In this document: positions 36,911-45,175 of the stretch, one piece after another
Position numbering within the stretch: position 1 is the stretch's first letter
How the letters are laid out: each line of letters begins with the position of its first letter
Source: Chlorokybus atmophyticus
Taxonomy: Eukaryota; Plantae; Mesostigma and Chlorokybus algae
Reading direction: 5' to 3'
Length of the DNA: 45,175 nucleotides
Assembly: GCA_009103225.1 (NCBI GenBank)
Contig: RHPI01000560.1
Coordinates: forward strand, 60,070 to 105,244
Position numbers and translations under genes: made by a program
Notes under the pieces: model-generated
Seen by the model: the letters and a program-made list of their open reading frames with translations, nothing else
Told to the model about the DNA's origin: nothing
Databases searched by the model: none

Positions 36911-38714
36911 TAAGTTCTTGGGAACATGCAATGTCATCCCCAAGAAATGCACTTGCTCCTGTCCTTGCCCCGTAAAGTAGAAGAGTGCCGGCGGCGCCAC
37001 CACCTCGGCGAGTGGCTGCGGGGACCCACTTGATCGGCTTCAACTCCCAAACGTTCAACTTCCAAGCACGTGTTCAGTTTGAGTTGGGTTGTTGTTGTTT
37101 CTGTTGTTGTCACACGGTGGTGGTGGTGGTGATGGTGGTGGTTGTCGTTGCTGCTGTTGTGCTGGTCGTTGTCGTTGTTGTTGTGTGTACTGACTTGGGA
37201 CGATGAACAGGATGCTGGGATGACGGAGGAGGGCAAGGGCCACAACTATGCACTGGTGTACTATCGCGAGACGGGCTTCTGGCTTGCTGCGCACTTTTCC
37301 GAACCCGGCGGCATCCCCACGCGTCCCGCCAACACCTACATGACCGACATTGCCATTGAGATCCCCTGCACCGGACCAGTTCCCCATTCGCCTCATTGCT
37401 CAGGTACACGCACACATGCGCACGCACAAATGCACACAATCGGACACATGCGCTCGCGCACTTAGGACACACGCACGCGCACGCACAAGCTGACTTGTGC
37501 ACATGTCGTTGTGATGTGAACCTTTGGACTGTGCAGCACAAGGGAGACATTGCGGGAGATATGCCGGCATTTATGATGGTGGCGTGTTCTTTGCGGACAA
37601 TGGCACGCGTCTGGAAGGGGATGATATGATATGATATGATATTGTCCTGAGTGGCGGCATAGTCGTGACCATGTGGGAGCAGTGGGCTGTTGTGAGGGTA
37701 GCGCGCCTCGGGCTGGCGATCACTGTCTCGTTCGAGGCAGCGCACGTCGACTTCGACATGAATGACGCCATGGGCCTGTCTGAGTCTGCGCATGGAGTCC
37801 TGGGTAAGGATGCCTACTCTGACTTTCAGTGTCATACCAAGCTGTTGCAACAAGTGTAGCATATGTTTGCATCTCTCTCTCTCCCCCTCTCTCTCCCCCT
37901 CTCTCTCTCGCTCTCTCTCGCGCTCTCTCGCGCTCTCCCGCGCTCTCTCGCGCCTTCTCGCGCGCTCTCTCGCTCGCTCTCTCGCTCTCGCTCGCTCGAT
38001 CGCTGCACTCGCTCGCTGCACTCTTTCGCTCTCGCTCTCGCCTTGCTCGCTCGCGCTCGCTCTCGCTCTCGCTCTCGCTCTCGCGCTCGCTGCACTCGCT
38101 CGCTGCACTCTTTCGCTCTCGCTCTCGCCTTGCTCTTTCGCTCTCGCTCTCGCTCTCGCTCTCGCTCTCGCTCTCGCTCTCGCTCTCGCTCTCGCTCTCG
38201 CTCTCNNNNNNNNNNNNNNNNNNNNNNNNNNNNNNNNNNNNNNNNNNNNNNNNNNNNNNNNNNNNNNNNNNNNNNNNNNNNNNNNNNNNNNNNNNNNNNN
38301 NNNNNNNNNNNNNNNNNNNNNNNNNNNNNNNNNNNNNNNNNNNNNNNNNNNNNNNNNNNNNNNNNNNNNNNNNNNNNNNNNNNNNNNNNNNNNNNNNNNN
38401 NNNNNNNNNNNNNNNNNNNNNNNNNNNNNNNNNNNNNNNNNNNNNNNNNNNNNNNNNNNNNNNNNNNNNNNNNNNNNNNNNNNNNNNNNNNNNNNNNNNN
38501 NNNNNNNNNNNNNNNNNNNNNNNNNNNNNNNNNNNNNNNNNNNNNNNNNNNNNNNNNNNNNNNNNNNNNNNNNNNNNNNNNNNNNNNNNNNNNNNNNNNN
38601 NNNNNNNNNNNNNNNNNNNNNNNNNNNNNNNNNNNNNNNNNNNNNNNNNNNNNNNNNNNNNNNNNNNNNNNNNNNNNNNNNNNNNNNNNNNNNNNNNNNN
38701 NNNNNNNNNNNNNN

Positions 38715-38787
<73 letters not shown>

Positions 38788-39214
38788 AATCAACTTGTCC
38801 AGGGCAAACCGTGCGCGTCCGCTCCAACAGCAACGGAGTGCCCGTCACCCACGGCTCGGGCGAGCACGGCGCCGGCATCCTTTACGGCACCGAAGCCGAC
38901 TACGGTGCGTGCACACTCTACCACATGTCACTCACGGTCACAACAACAGTCAGCTGTCACTCACATTGAAAACTCCATGCGCAGATGTGGAGGACATCTT
39001 TGGCGTGGAGGAGTTCACGGCACCTATGCCAGCCCTGCTGGCCCTGGCGGAGGAGGAGGAGGAGGAGGAGGAGGAGGAGAAGGTGGCAGTTCCTGGTGGG
39101 TCTGGCAGCAGCAGCAGCTACCGCCGCAGCCTTGTGCAGGGAAAGATCGCCACCAATAAGGCCAAGCAGCAGGACAGAGTAGCCTTCACCAACATGCGCG
39201 TGGACGAAGAGTGA
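36911..39214 (+). pseudogene. Copy E (C-like; remnant 36911-37065, exons 37211-37403, 37537-37803, 38803-38904, 38985-39214)
   Basis: Shares C's TAG, -2, +1 and -4 lesions; private (ATGAT)x3 insertion with TGA in exon 3; 5' end deleted. Confidence 0.85.
37872..38782. repeat. Compound (CT)n/(CTCG)n/(CTCTCG)n tract in intron 3 of E, including a 509-N gap (38206-38714)
   Basis: Direct read. Confidence 0.95.
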
Positions 39215-40195
39215 CATGCGCATGTGTGTGTGCCTCCTTGCAACTAAGTATCACTCGTCTGCAGTCCTTTTGTGACATCGATTGGGCTGGACTAAGTGAC
39301 AACAGCAAATGAGGCGCTTGCCAGTATGCGTTGGGTTGGAGTATGCAATCTCACCGTCAAAAACAGTCTTTGTATTCCAGGAATAGGGCACCTGCGATAG
39401 GTACACGTCCTAAGGGTCGTAGCCTTGACCTGCAGTGTTGTCGGTTTAGGAGGATATGCAAGACAGTGCGCGTAAGATAGCGCCAATGACAACATGGTGG
39501 TGTATCATCAATATCAGTTCTGGATATTGTGCTGTCATGTATGCTGCTGCTGCCAAGTGCTTGTTTGCAAGAAGAAGCCTGCAGGATTCTATGCGAGCAG
39601 TTTCCTCGTGTGTGTACACTGTGATGGCATGCTGTTGTGCCCATGTTGTGGTGTGCATGCGCGAGCACACTTTCATCATCAACAAACGCCTGTATCCATG
39701 ACGATGCTTCATCAGACAATCGCGTCACTGTGAAGTTTGTGGACAACCATGTAGTCTATCAGATAAACTGTCAGTGTCAACCAACGACAAGCCTGCCTAA
39801 TTGTGCTTTGATATTGCCCATAGCCACGGTTCCGTGAGAAGCACACTGTTCCACAAGGCCAACGTTTAACACTATTCAACTGCTGGTGTGGGTCGCAGCT
39901 GCGGTCTCTGAATGACAGTCACACGCGTCTGACTGGCGCAGCATAGTGTTGACACATATTGACACATATTCGCATCCCAGTTCATGTGTGCCGCCCCTTA
40001 TATACATCACACTGTAACCCTCACCAGAACACTGCAGTGTCCAAACTGCCGTTGTTTCACCCGTCCTTCGTATACACACCATATACAAGGCCACGCCAAA
40101 AAGAACAAGTCACTTGGAGTCCCACCCCTCTCCCAGCCCTCAGCAGAGCAGCCACACCAACACATCACCTCTGTACACAAGTCCTCTATCTTCTC

Positions 40196-40346
40196 CTACG
40201 ACTCCTCGTCCTCCTCTTCATCCTCATCACGGCCTCCTCCAGCCCCCGCGCCATAGCCAGCCCCGCGGCCCCCTCCGAGCTCCTCCTCTGAGGAAAGAGG
40301 GGCCCCACGACGCCCGCCTGTGCCGGTGCCGGCGCCGGCGCTAGGA

Positions 40347-40379
<33 letters not shown>

Positions 40380-40740
40380 TCCTCCTGCATCACGTCCTTC
40401 TGGTACGCCGTGGGCTCCCTGCCGCCGGAAGTGTACTTGCCGGTGCGGTTGGGGTCCTCGCCGCGACGCTGGGGGGGGACACACAGAGAGTGAGTGAGTC
40501 AGTGTGTGGGGGTGGGGGTGGCTGAGCGTGTCAAGCATGCAAGAGAGGTTGAGAGGGGACAGGGATACTTGAGTGTGGTTGCATGCTCGTGCGCGTATGT
40601 CACTTGCACAGATGCGTGTCACGTGCTCGTCTGTGACACACAACCTCACTCACCTCTGCTGCCATCTCGTGGATGCGCTGTCCGCCCTTGTGCGCTCCGC
40701 GGCGCACGCGCTCCATGGGGTCGTCGCCACCCTCAGCCAT
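40196..40740 (-). CDS. Small two-exon gene (40740-40654, 40468-40196; 119 aa): Gly/Glu-rich disordered protein with a KGG-type motif, possibly stress/LEA-like
   Basis: MAEGGDDPMERVRRGAHKGGQRIHEMAAE|RRGEDPNRTGKYTSGG...EDEEEDEES*; GAG|GTGAGT donor and CCCCCCAG acceptor, phase 0. Confidence 0.7.
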
Positions 40741-43344
40741 TGCGCTCCTGTTCTGGCTTGTGCTCTTGCGCCACAGCAACCTCTGCTGCCTTATGTCTGC
40801 GTGCAAAGCATCATGTTGTGGAGAAGGTGTCAGGGTCGGACACGGGTAAAGAACACGCTGTGCTGTCGTGCATGAGTGCATGCCAAGCGACACTAGACTA
40901 GTCACGAAGCATAAAGACAGCCCCACCGCTAAACTGCCAAGCTGCCTTGACGTAAAGACTGCATTTTGCCAACTTCTTCTCTCATCTTGTTTGGTTGCCG
41001 TTTGCAAACTGCTTGAGAAAAGCTCGCAAGGCACCGTACATGCATGCATGATGATCATGCTTGGCAACAAAACCAGTTCTGAGCGTGCACATACTCAGTC
41101 TCAAGAGCAGCCAGAAACACACAGACAAGCTTGTCCACAAGTCTCACCTTGACACCACTCGCCTTCACACCACAGTGAATCCAAGAAGAACAACCCTGTT
41201 TAGCTGCTCGCAGCGCTGCGTGCGACAGACCTCCCCACGCTTAGCACCTTCAAACTCACAGCAGGCTTGGCTCTCTCCAGCATGGCGTTGCGCAGAGAGC
41301 CGAGTTGCTGCTCTTGCCAGTGTGTGCTGGTGATGGCTTGTCAAGGCAATGAGTGTTGCGTGCGTGTTGTGTGCATCTGCTTCTTTCCTGACAGACGCAT
41401 GCATGGCTGTCCTGATACACAGAATCCCCTCTCGCGTGTCGGACTGGTTAGACCATCAGTGTGACAAGCTGGTTGTCTGGTCCGTTGGCAGAGTTTGACA
41501 GCCACCTCATTGATGGGACAGGGGCAGGCGGCGATGTACAGTGTGACGTCACGCCTTTCGATTATTCAGTCTATGGGCAGTGTTGTTATTGGCAGGAGAG
41601 CCTGAGTGAGAGACAGTGCCTGCTCTCATTTAGCTTTGGTGCTGGTGCCTTATAGCGGTGTCACTGCTCCCCACTCTCCGTACTGGTTATAGTCATGAGT
41701 GGTGCAGTGCCATGGCTCCAATAGTGCATCACGGGTGTGTGAGAGTGGAAGCGCTACAGCGCGGATTGCACTGCCACAGTGCATATGCAGCGCCAGTCAC
41801 TACTGTGCCAGAACCATTATTGAGTAGTGGTACTGGCACCGCTCACTGTAGTATAGTAGTATATCGTCATAAGCAGCAACTTGAGTGGCGCACGTGCAAG
41901 CAATCAGTTGTGAACTGCACTGGCCGCCTTCGGCATGCGAGGAGTGCGCAGTTGTCGCGACCCAACTTGAATGGTTGCGTATTATTATTATTATTTTCAT
42001 TAACATCATCATCATCATCAGCAGCAGCAGCAATGGTATGCACGATAAATGCAATGCCGTAATTGCAACAAGCATCATTTGTGTGCTGATGGGACGGTAA
42101 GCCTACGTAGTATACTCCTGCCTTACATGTGCAACTGGCGCTGTGCTGGATTTCATGTGCATATGTATATACCAATGACGGTCTCAAATGTCAGTGCGCG
42201 TGTTCGTGCGCATGTGTACTTGTGCATGCGGCACGTGCATACGTATACACGCATCTCGGATGGTCAGATTGTTGGCGAACTGTCAGCGCATGCAAGGTAA
42301 CAATTGAGTTACTATGACAGCTGACCAAACCCGTTTACACTTGCTGCAGTGCCGCGTTACATTCAAGTTGATGTAGCCAATGATGGGCTTATGCTGCGAA
42401 ACACGCAGCATACATAACCGGAACATTCGTGCGCCGCACGCACGTGCACGACGCGCATGCGCGGGCGCATCTGTGTGCATGCACCAAGTACTGCGTTGCA
42501 TTCTTTATGCACACGCGCAGCTCACACTGCATCATCACAATATGTAGAGTGCATGTAATGAGTATAATATAGTATGCAAGGATTGTGGCATGCATGAGAA
42601 TGTAGCAAACATGCAGTCCGCACACTACACCATCGCACTGTTATATTCACCACCGGGATGTCCAAGCTCACTACTTATCTACCTTCACTACTGCCCATAC
42701 CCCGCGCAACACACATGCATGCACGTGTGATTACCTGTACAACACGACCAGGGCAGCGTCAGTAATCATAGTGGCACACATAATGATGATGGAGCCCGCA
42801 ACACCACCATGATAGAGTCGATTCTCCCAAGCATCATGTCACCGGCGCGACTATGAAGACATCAATGCGATGTCAATACAGGCCAACCACATCACATGAG
42901 GATGTGCTGTACATAAGAGACATCGTATGCTGCATTAGCCGCATGCAAGGTGTGAAGCATACACAACATGTTACACAAGTCCTCTGTGTAACATACAGAG
43001 GACTTGCATCCGCGTTGGAGCGTGTGGTGCAGTTGTACAATCAGAGAGACTGCCACACCGGATGCTCCCTTCCACACCGCACGCGAAACACAAGACACTC
43101 AGGACGAAAGAACGACAACTTTCTGAGTAAGGTTCGGTGAACAACTCGTCAGCTACTAGCAGCGCCATGCATTGCAACACCTCAGCTCTGTGGAGACCTT
43201 CCAGACAAGCCTTCCAGACCGCACCCTAACAGCTCCAGTACACCCACCCACATCGCCTGCCGCCAAGTCGATTCCAGATCTCTCTGTACACACTCTCCCT
43301 CTCTCCTCTCCCTCTGTTCTCTCTCCACTCTCCTCTCTCCTCCC

Positions 43345-44268
43345 TCACATCGCCCCCCTCCCGAACCTCGGCCCCTCTCCCTCCACCGGCAGCGTGGGCG
43401 GCACCGGTCCCAGCGGGGGATCCGGACCACGTCCACCACTGCTAGTAGTAGTGTCCCCCCTGTAGCCATAGCCGGCAGCCCCCCGTCGCACGTCGCGCTG
43501 CTCGGACGCCACGCGGTCGGGGTCGTACAGCGTCGGGTCGTGGAGGGCCGAGGAGGACACAGAGGGGTCAAGGTGGTAGTCGCAGCCCTGGGAGCAGAGG
43601 GGGGGGGAGAGACAAGGTGGTGGTGAGAGAGTGAGAGAGAGCTTCTGTGCGTGCCCCCGCATGTGTGTGATGCGTATGTGTGCAGGTGGGTAAGTGCTGA
43701 TGCTTGCACGCACGCGTGCGGGTGTGCCTGTGCGTGCACGGCCCCCGGGTGCGTGCATGCACACCCCACGTGCGTGTGCGGTTCCATGTATGTGTGTTCG
43801 CAAGACTGCACGCAGAGCACGTGCAGCGTGACACATCGAAACCATATGCCACTGGCAACACTGGCCGTGTCTTACACATGCGAGCCTTCGGAGGTTTCTG
43901 CGTGCGTGATGCTAACAAGGCTTGCTGTGTCGTGTCACACAGCTTGATCTGCGCGAGTGTTGACCATCACATTTGCATGCATCTTGTGAAGATTGCCCCC
44001 ATCAACACACTACAGGTGCATGCATGCATGCATGCGTCCTGCCACTCTCTGAAGTTGCCCAACTGACTTTTGTGCGCAAACATTTCGCATCATCCACGAC
44101 GATGCGCGCTGATGCTGCGTAATGCTTTCACAAAGACCTTGCAAACCGCTTGTGCGAACACCCCCACATCAAACACTCAGACAGCACGCGCAGCGCACCT
44201 GCCAGCGCGTGTATGCGTCCAAGGGGTCGGTGCCGGAGGCCCCGAGCTCCGCCATGATGCCCTGTGGG
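43345..44268 (-). CDS. Last two exons (44268-44199, 43587-43345) of an unidentified gene; upstream exons unresolved
   Basis: PQGIMAELGASGTDPLDAYTRWQ|GCDYHLDPSVSSSALHDPTLYDPDRVASEQ...GRGAM*; canonical AG/GT sites, phase-compatible. Confidence 0.6.
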
Positions 44269-45175
44269 CTGCGCAGAAAAAGAGGCAACAACACCGTCTG
44301 CTGAGCTGATTTTCTTGTTGTTGATCACGGACTAGAAACCCTCCCTTACGCTGTCTCCACCTGCAGTTTTCAAGGCAAGTGCATTTACCAGTTGGCACAA
44401 AACTCCCCAGCCCAACTCTATGTGAGATACAAGCGGCAGCGGCAGCGGCAGCGCATGCACAATGCAGTTTCGCTGCTCCCTGCCGTATCACGAGCGTGCA
44501 TGCATGCATGCATGCATGCGTAAGCTTGAGAGAGACTCCTTCTCTGCGTTATTGCAGCACACTTGTGTGCACAACTTGAACAACACGCCATGACCTCAGA
44601 ACGTGACCTGATTGGTGGTGTGACCTGACCCCCCAAAACCCTCACCCCAGCAAAACCGCCCGGCGCTGGTTGGCTGTAGCTGAGTGGCCCGCCCGCCCAG
44701 CAGCAGCAGCAGCAGCAGCAGCAGGATGTGTGGTGTGTGGCTGCAGAGCGCAAAGCCAGACAGACACAAGCAAGCACAGCACGGCCTGCCAGGCCGCCCA
44801 AACCCAACCGAAACGCAAGACACAAAAACTCCGCCGAGGCAAAAGGGACTTTCTTTCTTCTCCGCTCTCCGCCAGAGCGAGCCCTCCAAGTCCAGAGCCT
44901 CCTCCAACTCTCAAACCTGCTGCGCAGCGCTGTGTGCCGAGGAGGAGATGCGGCCCTTTCAACTGGAAGCCGGCTCAACCGCGTGCGTGTCTGGTCACGA
45001 CGTGCATCATGATCGCGAGAGCTCTTCATGCCATCACGGTGATGTCCTGCGGTGTGTGCAGAGTGAGTGGTCCAATAGCCGCCATCGAGCGACACGTCCT
45101 GACGGAAGCGTGCAACTCCAAGATTAACAAGAACTCGGGCTCAAGGAATGAAGCGATTCATATCAAGATCGGGGG

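Noticed and set aside
40114-40344. Pro/His-rich plus-strand ORFs
   Set aside because: Antisense shadows of the GC-rich minus-strand exon at 40196-40468.
44418-45127. Several overlapping long ORFs at the right end
   Set aside because: Could not choose a frame or splice pattern; likely intron or low-complexity sequence plus unresolved upstream exons.

Overview
Eukaryotic, intron-rich genomic DNA. It is probably algal, but that is an inference from intron style, Copia primer type and protein family. No rRNA, tRNA or CRISPR array was found. The window has three main parts. (1) A five-copy cluster (A-E) of a 5-exon gene encoding signal peptide + Cys-rich module + a von Willebrand factor D/'root cap'-like domain (DPHFxGF...HGVLGQT motifs). 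A (+, 3' end only) and B (-) lie tail-to-tail as a palindrome. B and C (+) lie head-to-head. The B/C module is duplicated as D/E, which lost both 5' ends in a symmetric 2.2-kb deletion. Only A and B show no visible lesion. (2) A ~21-kb nest of degenerate Ty1/Copia LTR retrotransposons (10.5-31.3 kb). Its four-level insertion order can be read from target-site duplications, and it contains solo LTRs, half-tRNA-iMet-type primer sites and unidentified cargo. (3) Two small minus-strand spliced genes or gene fragments at the right end. Local fold-back or palindromic structures recur throughout. The best candidate for a new system is the gene family. Its Cys-scaffolded N-terminal module is highly divergent between paralogs, and it has a GC-AG, 90-nt, stop-free first intron whose retention would add a transmembrane-like helix.
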